Source: an uncultured Eubacteriales bacterium (GTDB lineage Bacteria; Bacillota; Clostridia; Oscillospirales; CAG-272). From it: 64,000 bases of DNA. The stretch is from assembly GCA_934394585.1 (NCBI GenBank), contig CAKRQU010000002.1, forward strand, positions 51,874 to 115,873, read 5' to 3'. Below are positions 37,142 through 46,789 of this stretch, in pieces (positions within the stretch are counted from its first letter, which is position 1; every line of letters starts with the position of its first letter). The notes under the pieces were generated by a model. It had not been told where the DNA came from. It searched no databases and worked only from the letters and a program-made list of their open reading frames with translations. A program made the position numbers and the translations under genes.

Positions 37142-38341
37142 TCAGACTATTTCTCCGAATGTATCGGGATTATCTTTATCAAAAGATTCGTTTGCCCACA
37201 TCACCGTAACAAGATCCTGCGTATCCGAAATATTTTTTATGCTGTGCGTATATCCGGGAAGCATATATACAGCCTCGATTTTATCGCCGGAAACTTCAAA
37301 TTCACGCACCTCGTCGGTTCCCGTTTTTCTTTCGCGTATCAGTGCTTTCCCCGATACCACGATGAAAAATTCCCATTTTGAATTATGCCTGTGCTGACCT
37401 TTTGTCACGCCCGGCTTTGTGATATTCACGGAAACCTGTCCGCATTTTTCGCTTTTGAAAAGCTCTGTAAAAGAGCCGCGCTCATCTTTATTCATTTTCA
37501 GCGCAAAAGCCGTTTTTTCCTCCGGCAGATACGAAACATACGTGCTGTACAGCTTTTTTGCGAAGCTTCCCTGCGGTATCTCCGGAATGACGAGCGTCTG
37601 CCGCTGCGCCTCAAAGCTTTCCAGCATATCCGCTATCTCGCCGAGCGTGACGCGATGCGTTGTCGGCACGGCGCAGAATCTGCCGTTTTTGCATGGCACG
37701 GCACGCACGCCGTCAAATTCGCATCTGTGCTCTTTTCCCTCCAGTGCATCGAGCATTTCCCGCACGAGATCGTCTATATAAAGCAGCTCCAGTTCTGTTT
37801 TACGGTCGTTTACCGTTATCGGCAGACCGTTTGCCGTATTGTGGCAGAAAGTCGCCACGGCACTGTTGTAATTCGGTCGGCACCATTTGCCGAATATATT
37901 GGGAAATCTGTATACAAGCACCTTGGCGCCGCTTTCTTTGCCGTAATCAAAGAAAAACTTTTCCCCCGCGAGCTTTGATGCACCGTATTCGCTACCCGCA
38001 TATCTGCCCTCCAGCGTCGCCTGAATGGAGCTTGATAACATAACGGGGCATTTGTTTTCGCATTTTTTCAGCTCGGAAAGAAGCTCGCCCGCAAAATCCG
38101 CATTTCCTTTTGCAAATTCGGATTTGTCGCGCGGGCGGTTCACTCCCGCAAAATTGAAAACAAAATCCGCTTCCCCGCAGAATTTCGTCAAAAGTTCTCT
38201 TTTTGTATCCGTATCATATTCGAAAATTTCATCTATTTTCAGCGCGGGTCTCGTCCTGTCTTTGCCGTCGCGGATATCTTTGAGAGCCAAAACAAAATTT
38301 TTCCCTACAAATCCCGCAGAGCCTGTAACAAGTATATTCAT
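37142..38341 (-). CDS. fnlB: NAD-dependent epimerase/reductase with C-terminal cupin, FnlB/CapF-like
   Basis: MNILVTGSAGFVGKN Rossmann N-terminus. C-terminal cupin-like domain (RGQHRHNSKWEFFIVVSG). ATGA overlap with the upstream gene. Confidence 0.75.
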   Translation of the reverse strand: MNILVTGSAGFVGKNFVLALKDIRDGKDRTRPALKIDEIFEYDTDTKRELLTKFCGEADFVFNFAGVNRPRDKSEFAKGNADFAGELLSELKKCENKCPVMLSSSIQATLEGRYAGSEYGASKLAGEKFFFDYGKESGAKVLVYRFPNIFGKWCRPNYNSAVATFCHNTANGLPITVNDRKTELELLYIDDLVREMLDALEGKEHRCEFDGVRAVPCKNGRFCAVPTTHRVTLGEIADMLESFEAQRQTLVIPEIPQGSFAKKLYSTYVSYLPEEKTAFALKMNKDERGSFTELFKSEKCGQVSVNITKPGVTKGQHRHNSKWEFFIVVSGKALIRERKTGTDEVREFEVSGDKIEAVYMLPGYTHSIKNISDTQDLVTVMWANESFDKDNPDTFGEIV

Positions 38342-39390
38342 CTGTCGCCTTCCGCCTTTGCCAGCTCTTCGCGTATATACGAAAGCGAAAGCAGCTTTTC
38401 TTTTACTTCGTCCGCGGAAAGAATGCGCGTATTATTGGAATTGAATTCGGTGAGCATATTTCGCTTTCTGTCGCCCTCGCTGAAATATTTGTCGTAATTG
38501 AGCCCGCGATTGTCCGCCGGAACACGGTAAAAATCGCCCATGTCCACCGCTTTTGCACATTCCTCGTTTGTCAGCAGGGTTTCATACATTTTTTCGCCGT
38601 GGCGGATGCCTATCACCTTTATTTCTTCCTCTTTGCCGCCGAAAACGGCGCAAACCGCCTTTGCCTGCGTCATTATAGTGCAGGCGGGAGCTTTCTGTAT
38701 CAGCAGATCGCCGTTTTCGCCGTGCTCGAAAGCGAAAATCACCAGATCCACCGCTTCATCGAGCGACATGATAAACCGCGTCATTTCAGGCTCGGTAACG
38801 GTTATGGGCAGTCCGTTTTTTATCTGATCTATCCACAGCGGGATTACGGAACCGCGACTGCACATCACGTTTCCGTAGCGGGTGCAGCAGATTTTTGTTT
38901 TTCCCGAATTTCTCGATCTCGCCACGGCTATTTTTTCCTCTATGGCTTTTGTTATGCCCATGGCGTTTATAGGATATGCTGCTTTATCCGTGGAAAGACA
39001 TATCACGCTTTCCACACCCGCTTCGATGGCTGCGGTAATGACATTGTCCGTACCGATGACATTTGTGCGCACAGCCTCCATCGGGAAAAATTCGCAGCTG
39101 GGCACCTGCTTCAGCGCCGCCGCATGAAATACGAGATTCACGCCGTGCATGGCACTTCTCACCGATTGCAGATCGCGCACATCGCCTATATAAAATTTTA
39201 TTTTGTCCGCCGCCTCGGGCATTTTCGCCTGAAATTCATGGCGCATATCATCCTGCTTTTTTTCATCGCGCGAAAAAATGCGTATTTCACCTATATCCGT
39301 TTTCAGAAAACGGTTCAAAACAGCGTTTCCGAAAGAGCCTGTCCCTCCCGTAATCATCAGAGTTTTACCTGCAAAAAGACTTTTTTTCAT
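38338..39390 (-). CDS. fnlA: UDP-GlcNAc 4,6-dehydratase/5-epimerase, FnlA/CapE-like
   Basis: LMITGGTGSFGNAVLNRFL...IRIFSRDEKKQDDMR is the characteristic CapE/FnlA N-terminus. Confidence 0.8.
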   Translation of the reverse strand: MKKSLFAGKTLMITGGTGSFGNAVLNRFLKTDIGEIRIFSRDEKKQDDMRHEFQAKMPEAADKIKFYIGDVRDLQSVRSAMHGVNLVFHAAALKQVPSCEFFPMEAVRTNVIGTDNVITAAIEAGVESVICLSTDKAAYPINAMGITKAIEEKIAVARSRNSGKTKICCTRYGNVMCSRGSVIPLWIDQIKNGLPITVTEPEMTRFIMSLDEAVDLVIFAFEHGENGDLLIQKAPACTIMTQAKAVCAVFGGKEEEIKVIGIRHGEKMYETLLTNEECAKAVDMGDFYRVPADNRGLNYDKYFSEGDRKRNMLTEFNSNNTRILSADEVKEKLLSLSYIREELAKAEGDR

Positions 39391-40691
39391 GTTTTGTTCT
39401 CCTTTTGTTTTATCATTCGGATAATGGTTTTCGGATTAAGCGCGCGATATATCAGCTTTATCACCGGTCTTATCGGTTTCATGATAAAGCAGAGCGCAAA
39501 ATTTGTGAAAAACTGCGTAGCCACGGTGGCTATGGCGGCGCCTTCCGCTCCGAGCAGAGGAATCAGGGCAAAATTTCCCGCTACATTGAAAAGCGCACCG
39601 GAAAGATTTATTATCCACAGATATTTATGCTTTCCCTGCGCGAGCATCCATACATTCCGCACGGAACCCATATAAGAAAAAGCGGAATACCATGTTATTA
39701 TCCGCAGTATCGGCACGGAAGCGGCATAATCGGAGCCGTAAAGCAAAGCTGTGACGGGGCGCGCGAGCAATGTGAGAAAAACGCTCTGAAATAGCCCCAT
39801 ATAGATTATTATCGAATAAAGCAAAGAAACATTTTTTTCGAAAGCCTCTTCGCTTTGCTTTTTGCTTTCGAATATGACGGGGCGGAGCGAATCTATCACC
39901 GCGGCAAAAACAAAGGATGTCACGCCCGCGCAGGTGAGCGCCGCGCTGTAAAAGCCCGTCGCTTCATCGCCTGTCATGGTTTTTATCATTATTTTGTCTG
40001 TCTGGGAAAAAATCGTCACCATCATTCCCGATATTATGTAATACCGGCTTTTTGAAAAAAGCTCTTTCCCGAGCGAAAAGGAAAAAGAAAGCTTTTGCGT
40101 GCCTATTTTCCCGTATATGAAAAGAAGCGTCGCTGATATGATGAAAAGGTCGAAAGCGGATGTTATCGCAAACCAGCACACGCCTTTTTTCGTGACGAGC
40201 AGGAATATTTTATATGCAGCCACTATGATATAAGCGCAAAGTGAAGTCACCGACGTATATTTTGAAAGAAGCTTTGCCTGATACCAATACTGTATCATTT
40301 CCGTGGTATGGAAAACAAGCGATATGCTGTACAGCGCACAAACGATAAAAGTGTCCTTTTCCGATGCGTTCGCTATGGAAACAAAAGCAAGGCATCCGCC
40401 GATGCAAAGAAAGCTCGTCACGGCGCTCATCACGAGCGACGTTCCGAGTGTTTTGCCCTCGCGCTCCGGATGCGATACTATTTCCTCCACCAGCACATTT
40501 CGGAAACCGAGCTGTGCTATCGGAACGGCAAAAGCCACCACGGATGCGGCATAGTTTATGAGCCCGTAGTCTGAAGGACCGAGATATCGCGCCGATATCA
40601 TGCCGATGACAAGGCTGATGAGCGACTGCGCTATCCTGCATGCTATTATCCATGACGCATTTTTTACTACTTTATTTTTGAAAATGCTCAT
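39387..40691 (-). CDS. wzx: Wzx-type polysaccharide flippase (MOP superfamily)
   Basis: 434 aa with about 12-14 TM helices. Lies within the glycan operon. Confidence 0.75.
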   Translation of the reverse strand: MSIFKNKVVKNASWIIACRIAQSLISLVIGMISARYLGPSDYGLINYAASVVAFAVPIAQLGFRNVLVEEIVSHPEREGKTLGTSLVMSAVTSFLCIGGCLAFVSIANASEKDTFIVCALYSISLVFHTTEMIQYWYQAKLLSKYTSVTSLCAYIIVAAYKIFLLVTKKGVCWFAITSAFDLFIISATLLFIYGKIGTQKLSFSFSLGKELFSKSRYYIISGMMVTIFSQTDKIMIKTMTGDEATGFYSAALTCAGVTSFVFAAVIDSLRPVIFESKKQSEEAFEKNVSLLYSIIIYMGLFQSVFLTLLARPVTALLYGSDYAASVPILRIITWYSAFSYMGSVRNVWMLAQGKHKYLWIINLSGALFNVAGNFALIPLLGAEGAAIATVATQFFTNFALCFIMKPIRPVIKLIYRALNPKTIIRMIKQKENKT

Positions 40692-40808
40692 TTATATAAA
40701 ATTTCTCCGAAATCAAATCAGCCGGATTTTCTCCGTTGCCCGCCGCACGCCGCGTGGAGGCTTTGATTTTGTGCGGCTTCCGACACGCTTTCGCGTGCCG
40801 GATTTCAA

Positions 40809-42080
40809 TTATTCCAGTATAAGCTTGCCGTCCGCGCCGAACGTGTATGTTCCCGCGGGGAGGAGTTTATTTGTATATGTGATATGCTTTGTGCAGTTCT
40901 TCACCGCTGTGAGGGTAGCACCGGAAATGTAATAATAGCTTCCGTCCGTATCCTTTACGAGACCTGCGTAAGTTGGTACATCATCCACATAGTAGCGGAT
41001 TTCACCGTCGGCGTCTTTTACTATGCCCTGCTTCATCACCATCTTGCCGTCCGCGCCGAACGTATATGTTCCTGCGGGCAGGAGTCTGTTTGTATAAGTG
41101 ATATACTTCGAGCAGTTCTTCACCGCCGTGAGAGTAGCGCCGGAAATGTAATAGTAGTTTCCGTCCGTATCCTTTACGAGACCTGCGTAAGTGGGTACAT
41201 CGTCCACATAGTAGCGGATTTCACCGTCGGCGTCTTTTACTATGCCCTGTTTCATCACCATCTTGCCGTCCGCGCCGAACGTGTATGTTCCCGCGGGCAG
41301 GAGTCTGTTTGTATAAGTGATATACTTCGAGCAGTTCTTCACCGCCGTGAGAGTAGCGCCGGAAATGTAATAGTAGTTTCCGTCCGTATCCTTTACGAGA
41401 CCTGCGTAAGTGGGTACATCGTCCACATAGTAGCGGATTTCACCGTCGGCGTCTTTTACTATGCCCTGTTTCATCACCATCTTGCCGTCCGCGCCGAACG
41501 TGTATGTTCCCGCGGGCAGGAGTCTGTTTGTATAAGTGATATACTTCGAGCAGTTCTTCACCGCCGTGAGAGTAGCGCCGGAAATGTAATAGTAGTTTCC
41601 GTCCGTATCCTTTACGAGACCTGCGTAAGTGGGTACATCGTCCACATAGTAGCGGATTTCACCGTCGGCGTCTTTTACTATGCCCTGTTTCATCACCATC
41701 TTGCCGTCCGCGCCGAACGTGTATGTTCCCGCGGGCAGGAGTCTGTTTGTATAAGTGATATACTTCGAGCAGTTCTTCACCGCCGTGAGAGTAGCGCCGG
41801 AAATGTAATAGTAGCTGCCGTCCGTATCCTTTACCAGACCCGCGTAAGTGGGTACATCGTCCACATAGTAGCGGACTTCGCCATCGGCGTCTTTTACTAT
41901 GCCCTGTTTCATCACCATTCTGCCGTCCGCGCCGAACGTGTATGTTCCTGCGGGGAGAAGCTTATTTGTATATGTTATATGCTTTGTGCAGTTCTTTACG
42001 GCTCTGAAATCGTTTCCGCTGATATAGAGATATCTGCCGTCGGCATCTTTTACCAGACCCGCATAAACAGCCATGCCGTC
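40809..42080. repeat. 219-bp in-frame tandem repeats (5 full units plus a degenerate one)
   Basis: Units phase at 41261, 41480 and 41699. 41261-41479 and 41480-41698 are identical by eye, and neighbouring units differ at a few positions. Confidence 0.9.
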
Positions 42081-45000
42081 GTTTGCATAATAGATATCGC
42101 CGTTTGCCATGGTTACCACGCCGGTAGCCGTGGTTTTGCCTATCAGCACGCCGTCGGCTGTAAACTCATATATACCGGGGGCTTTTCCCGCGGATTCATA
42201 GAGAGCCGCAGTGCCTTCAGTGCGATAGCCTGCCGTATCGAAATTATATGTTTTGCCGTCTATCACTTTCCAAGCGGCATATCCGGCAAAGGACGCTCTG
42301 TAATAATCGGGACCGTAGTAATATCTGTATCCGGTGGCGTTATGATACCACATACCGGAAACGAGTTTGCCGTTTGATTCAAATGTGAATGTCACTCTGC
42401 CGTTGTTGAAAGATTCGACATTTGTCTTTGTATGCGGATCGAAATAATACCATGCGTCGTCTATCTGCTTCCAGCCTTCGGAAAGAACGCCTATCTGCGA
42501 ATAGCTGTATTTGCCGTCTGTCTCGATAAGACCCGTGTATTTTATTCTGCCCGCGCAGACGCCGTCGGTACCGAAATCGTAATAGAAACCTTCTATTTTC
42601 TGAATTCCGTTGAGCTTTTTGCCGTTCAGATAGTAGGAATCATTTACCCATCCGTCGGAAACGGCAACGCCGTTCACATAGGTTTTGCCGTCTGTCCAGA
42701 GACCGCTGAAGATATCTCCGCATTCGCCGCATCTGAGAATACCGTCTGTGATTGCATAGCTGTGTCCTTTTGCCTCGAGCGTAGTGCCCCAATCCACCAC
42801 GGAATTGCATACGTCGCAGAATGTTCTGCCTGTATATCCGCTTTCCGTGCAGGTAGCGGCTTTATCTTCCACAGCATGTGCGGAATGTATGTGACCGCCG
42901 TCCCATGCATTGAAATAAGCCTTGCCTTCGGCAGTGGATATCATATCCTTTGCCATTTTGTACATTTCGGTATCCACCTGCGGACCTTCGCCCGAGAATG
43001 TATCGGTTGTTCCGTCCGTAAATACCACTATGCCGCGGTCTATTTCCATGCTGATATCGACGGGCCAGAATTCTTTCATGCTTTTGAACTGAGCATAAGT
43101 GAAAGCTTCGCTTCCCTTCTTTGTTCCGCTCGTGTAGGTATAGCCTGTTTTCAGCTCCCATGTACGTATCGGGAGAGAAGCGAGAACGGCTTCGCCCGTG
43201 CTGTCGTTTTCGCCTGTGCGCGTGATTGTTATCGTGGCTATATTTTCATCGTCCTGTATGGAGTAGGAAGCGGTGAAGCCTTTTGCCGTCGTAAGATGGG
43301 CGAGCTCCCATCTGCTCATATTGTTGAGGTCGATATCTACCGTAACGCTCTGCACCTTTTCTATATCAGTGGCGACCACATCGACATACCATACGGAGCC
43401 GAGTTTTATTTTATCCAGAGAAGGATCGTGAGCCACTACCTTTACAGTGGATTTTCCGGAGCCGGCATTTACATTTACCGTGCGTATCACAGAAGCATAA
43501 TTGCCCTGATTGTCGCATACGGAAAATTTGATATGGTGCAATCCGTCCGCCAGCACAACATCGGAAACAGACATCACGCCGTCCTTGAATGTGCAGGGGA
43601 ATTCCACGCCGTCTATATATGCCTTTGCCGTAGCGGCATTGATACCCGTGAAGTTAGTTTTGCTTGTATTGTCGGCAACTTTCACGCCGAAGCTGAGAGT
43701 ATTGTCGCTGACAGTCTGACCGTTCAGCGAAGCGGCATCGGACATGGAAGGCGTAGCATAAGTCACGTCGCCGAATACGGGCGCTTCTCTGTCGTCCACC
43801 GCATCGGAATAGTCCACCGTGATATCGTCCACATACATCACGTATCTGCCGTTATAGGATTTGTGCTGATTGTAATAGTAACCGTAGCTTGCGCCGTCGC
43901 GGTCGGAAATGTAAAACTGTACGATATAGCCCTTATGCAGATAAAGTCCCGCATAAGCATTGAGATCTATCGAAAGATAGTGCCAGCCGGGCTCGCTATA
44001 CTGATTTACAAATCCCGTAGTGGAAGCGACACCGTCCGCGAGCGTATTTGTGATCAGGGAATCCCCCTTGACGTATTCGCCGGCATCGTTTTTGACGAGA
44101 GGAAATACTGTGTAGCGAATCCAAGTGGAAACATCCTCGTCGGAAATATAAATCCACATGCCGAGTCTTGTGGCGTTTTCAAAGGTTTTCTCGTCTCCGT
44201 TGTAAAGCAGAGCTGTCATCATATAGCCGGATTCCAGCGAATTGCCGTAATTTATATCAAGCGCCATGGCACCGTTTCCGCTGTGAACTTTGCCGGTCGC
44301 CGATGTCACATGATATACTCTTCCTTCGGGAAGCGTATAATTGTACGGTTCATAGCTGAGTACAAAATCGCTGACATTTCCGTCCTCGAAATCGAATATC
44401 ACTTCGCTGCCTTTGCCGAGAGATATCTGCGATACCGCGGTAACATCCGTGCCGATAAATTTTGCCGTGATCGTGCTGGATGTGCCGCTGTCGGCAGCGG
44501 TGAAAGTAAGTCCGTTTACCGTACCGACAGTATTGTCGGAAAGCGTGAATGCAATATCGGAAGCTTTGAATTTGACTGTATTGAGCCCGTAAGTGGCTGT
44601 GAGCGAGAGAGCAACCGTTTTTCCGAAAGGAACAGTCATTTTTGCGCTGTTGAAAGCGATGCTCTGCGGAATAACGCAATGAACCGTGAGCGAGCCGACT
44701 TCTTTTCCGTCGTACATGGCGGTGACGGTAACATCGCCTGCCGCAGTCGCCGTGAGGACACCGTTTTCATAAGTGCCGTTTGTCGTCACATAAGAAATAT
44801 CATCGGGTATGGCAGCCGATGTGCCCGCAGGGGAAACGCCTGCCACCGTCACATTAACGGATGTGCCGGGAGTGATGTATTCTTCCTCCGCACCCATGGT
44901 GACATGGTCGAAAGAATTTGAGGGAACCGCCGTGGAAGCGATGATGAGACCCGAGGAAATAGAGCGCTCGGAACCGTCGGAGGGACGGTTTATAACTTCC

Positions 45001-45875
45001 ACTTCATCGGAACCTTCCGGACGGGAAGCAAATGTTGTGGAGCCGCCGCCGTCGAGATTTATCGCCGCGACGCAGCCTGCCTCGAGCATTATCTGCGCCA
45101 GCTCATGCATGGAACCGCCGCAGGAAAAAGGCTCCTGACGTCCGTCGAGGACCATCATCACTACCTTGCCCTCGGCTGTTATACCCACGCATGTGCGGGA
45201 ATGTCTGTCTGTATTGTAAGAACCGGATGCACCTGCCGTTACGTCCTTGCCGTCGCGGACGAGCCACTGAGAGCCTGCCGCAGCCTGCCATATCGTGCTG
45301 TTGCCGTTTTCATCCACATAATTGCCGATGTTTTTGGCATAGTCGATAACTGCGGTTTTGCCGTCCTTCAGTATGGCAAAGAAATTGTCGTAGCTTACCG
45401 TGCCGAATGATACGCCGTCGATATATGTAATGCCGATGGGTTGTCCCGTCTGCATATTATAGAAGGAGGCATTCACGCCCGCCACTACATTATAATATTC
45501 GCTGATAAAATTCGGATCGTCGGGATTGCTGTACTTTTTATTTGCGTAAGCAATCTGCGCTGTCAGCTTGTCCATACCCATGGTGCCGTTTTCGTGCTGC
45601 TTGAGATAAGATGTCTGGACGAAAACATCGTCGCGGGTGATGTCCGCGGTGGCAACATAGTAAACCATCTGCTTGCCGTCGGAGGCATAAGCATAATTGA
45701 TATACTGTTCCACACCGGGAGCGAGCTGAGACGGTGTACTTTTAAATACATCGTGTGTTTCCGATTCAAAATCTCTGTTGTATGCCGCAAATAAGCCGAG
45801 AGGCAGTAATCCCGCAAGCATGGCAACACAGAGAATGAGAGCCGGAAGCTTTTTCAGTGAATTTCTGAATTTCAT
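40809..45875 (-). CDS. large secreted surface protein: phosphodiester glycosidase (NAGPA-like) domain, Ig-like domains, cell-wall-binding-type repeats and 73-aa tandem repeats
   Basis: Start moved to ATG 45875 (AAGGAGAAG RBS; signal peptide MKFRNSLKKLPALILCVAMLAGLLPLG). DRHSRTCVGI...VLDGRQ...AINLDGGGSTTF matches the phosphodiester glycosidase domain. YYFD/YYY aromatic repeats toward the C-terminus. Confidence 0.75.
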   Translation of the reverse strand: MKFRNSLKKLPALILCVAMLAGLLPLGLFAAYNRDFESETHDVFKSTPSQLAPGVEQYINYAYASDGKQMVYYVATADITRDDVFVQTSYLKQHENGTMGMDKLTAQIAYANKKYSNPDDPNFISEYYNVVAGVNASFYNMQTGQPIGITYIDGVSFGTVSYDNFFAILKDGKTAVIDYAKNIGNYVDENGNSTIWQAAAGSQWLVRDGKDVTAGASGSYNTDRHSRTCVGITAEGKVVMMVLDGRQEPFSCGGSMHELAQIMLEAGCVAAINLDGGGSTTFASRPEGSDEVEVINRPSDGSERSISSGLIIASTAVPSNSFDHVTMGAEEEYITPGTSVNVTVAGVSPAGTSAAIPDDISYVTTNGTYENGVLTATAAGDVTVTAMYDGKEVGSLTVHCVIPQSIAFNSAKMTVPFGKTVALSLTATYGLNTVKFKASDIAFTLSDNTVGTVNGLTFTAADSGTSSTITAKFIGTDVTAVSQISLGKGSEVIFDFEDGNVSDFVLSYEPYNYTLPEGRVYHVTSATGKVHSGNGAMALDINYGNSLESGYMMTALLYNGDEKTFENATRLGMWIYISDEDVSTWIRYTVFPLVKNDAGEYVKGDSLITNTLADGVASTTGFVNQYSEPGWHYLSIDLNAYAGLYLHKGYIVQFYISDRDGASYGYYYNQHKSYNGRYVMYVDDITVDYSDAVDDREAPVFGDVTYATPSMSDAASLNGQTVSDNTLSFGVKVADNTSKTNFTGINAATAKAYIDGVEFPCTFKDGVMSVSDVVLADGLHHIKFSVCDNQGNYASVIRTVNVNAGSGKSTVKVVAHDPSLDKIKLGSVWYVDVVATDIEKVQSVTVDIDLNNMSRWELAHLTTAKGFTASYSIQDDENIATITITRTGENDSTGEAVLASLPIRTWELKTGYTYTSGTKKGSEAFTYAQFKSMKEFWPVDISMEIDRGIVVFTDGTTDTFSGEGPQVDTEMYKMAKDMISTAEGKAYFNAWDGGHIHSAHAVEDKAATCTESGYTGRTFCDVCNSVVDWGTTLEAKGHSYAITDGILRCGECGDIFSGLWTDGKTYVNGVAVSDGWVNDSYYLNGKKLNGIQKIEGFYYDFGTDGVCAGRIKYTGLIETDGKYSYSQIGVLSEGWKQIDDAWYYFDPHTKTNVESFNNGRVTFTFESNGKLVSGMWYHNATGYRYYYGPDYYRASFAGYAAWKVIDGKTYNFDTAGYRTEGTAALYESAGKAPGIYEFTADGVLIGKTTATGVVTMANGDIYYANDGMAVYAGLVKDADGRYLYISGNDFRAVKNCTKHITYTNKLLPAGTYTFGADGRMVMKQGIVKDADGEVRYYVDDVPTYAGLVKDTDGSYYYISGATLTAVKNCSKYITYTNRLLPAGTYTFGADGKMVMKQGIVKDADGEIRYYVDDVPTYAGLVKDTDGNYYYISGATLTAVKNCSKYITYTNRLLPAGTYTFGADGKMVMKQGIVKDADGEIRYYVDDVPTYAGLVKDTDGNYYYISGATLTAVKNCSKYITYTNRLLPAGTYTFGADGKMVMKQGIVKDADGEIRYYVDDVPTYAGLVKDTDGNYYYISGATLTAVKNCSKYITYTNRLLPAGTYTFGADGKMVMKQGIVKDADGEIRYYVDDVPTYAGLVKDTDGSYYYISGATLTAVKNCTKHITYTNKLLPAGTYTFGADGKLILE

Positions 45876-45946
45876 TTTCTTCTCCTTGTTTTTTTGGAAT
45901 TTTAAATTTTTATATAAACGCCGCGATGGGCGGTTATACCGTTTTT

Positions 45947-46789
45947 TTACTTTTTGTATTTTTCTTTCGCTCCTGAATGCTTTGTATAATCCGTATACGG
46001 GCGCGAAAGATCGCATACGGTGTAGTAATGGTGACCCTTTTGGGCTTCTATCGGAATATCGGCGCGCCAGTTTCCGTATTTCTGCGAGAGATATTCGTCA
46101 TATCTCTCGGGTATGCGAACAGTAAGCCCCTCAAAGTGCGCTTCCGCGCCTTTTCCGTACTGCTCACGTGGGGCGTATTCCAGCTTTCCCTGCCAGTTTC
46201 CGTGATTGCACCATACTGCGCTTTTGTCGCTGGGATATTTTGATATCTCTGCTTCGAGGCGACGGGCAAATTCCGCGCTTTTCCCGCGAAAGCCGATCAG
46301 CCTTTGCACCCGTGCGAGAAGTGCCGCTTTTTTGGAATACCGCACGGAAAAGCAACACAGAGTTTTCATCGCGAATTTTCTTTTTTCGCGCTCTGTGCGC
46401 GCTTTTTCCTTTTCGATTTCCGGATAGCCGTCCAGCGGAAATACATCTATGTAAACGCCGTGGCAGATATCCAGCTCCGCCATGCTTTTTTCTATATACG
46501 TGGTGCGCGTATCGCGTATTTTGGAAAATATCATCGGAAAGGCGGGGTCTGTCCTGTAATTCTGCAAAAAGCAGTACCCGGGCAGAAACTCCTTTGCCCT
46601 GCGGCAGAATATTTCGTAATCGGCGCGCGGCAGAGCCACGTCTATATCATCGTCCCACGGGATAAACCCGCCGTATTTTGCCGCCCCGAGCGCGGAACCG
46701 CATACGAGAAAATACGTCAGCCCCAGCTTTTCGCATACATTTATGAAATTTTCCAAGAGACAAAGCTCGGTGCGCTGCAAATCATTCAT
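45947..46789 (-). CDS. licD: LicD-family phosphotransferase
   Basis: LVCGSALGAAKYGGFIPWDDDIDVALPRADY is the LicD signature. ATG at 46789 chosen. Confidence 0.7.
   Translation of the reverse strand: MNDLQRTELCLLENFINVCEKLGLTYFLVCGSALGAAKYGGFIPWDDDIDVALPRADYEIFCRRAKEFLPGYCFLQNYRTDPAFPMIFSKIRDTRTTYIEKSMAELDICHGVYIDVFPLDGYPEIEKEKARTEREKRKFAMKTLCCFSVRYSKKAALLARVQRLIGFRGKSAEFARRLEAEISKYPSDKSAVWCNHGNWQGKLEYAPREQYGKGAEAHFEGLTVRIPERYDEYLSQKYGNWRADIPIEAQKGHHYYTVCDLSRPYTDYTKHSGAKEKYKK

Noticed and set aside
40809-42080. CRISPR-like periodicity of the 219-bp repeats here and the 222-bp repeats at 63063-63506
   Set aside because: The repeats are contiguous, in-frame coding units with no unique spacers, and no cas genes are present. 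They are not CRISPR arrays.
40884-44921. 497-aa and 829-aa ORFs on the plus strand
   Set aside because: They are antisense to the 1688-aa surface protein gene. The 497-aa one merely mirrors the 219-bp repeats. Neither has motifs or translation signals.
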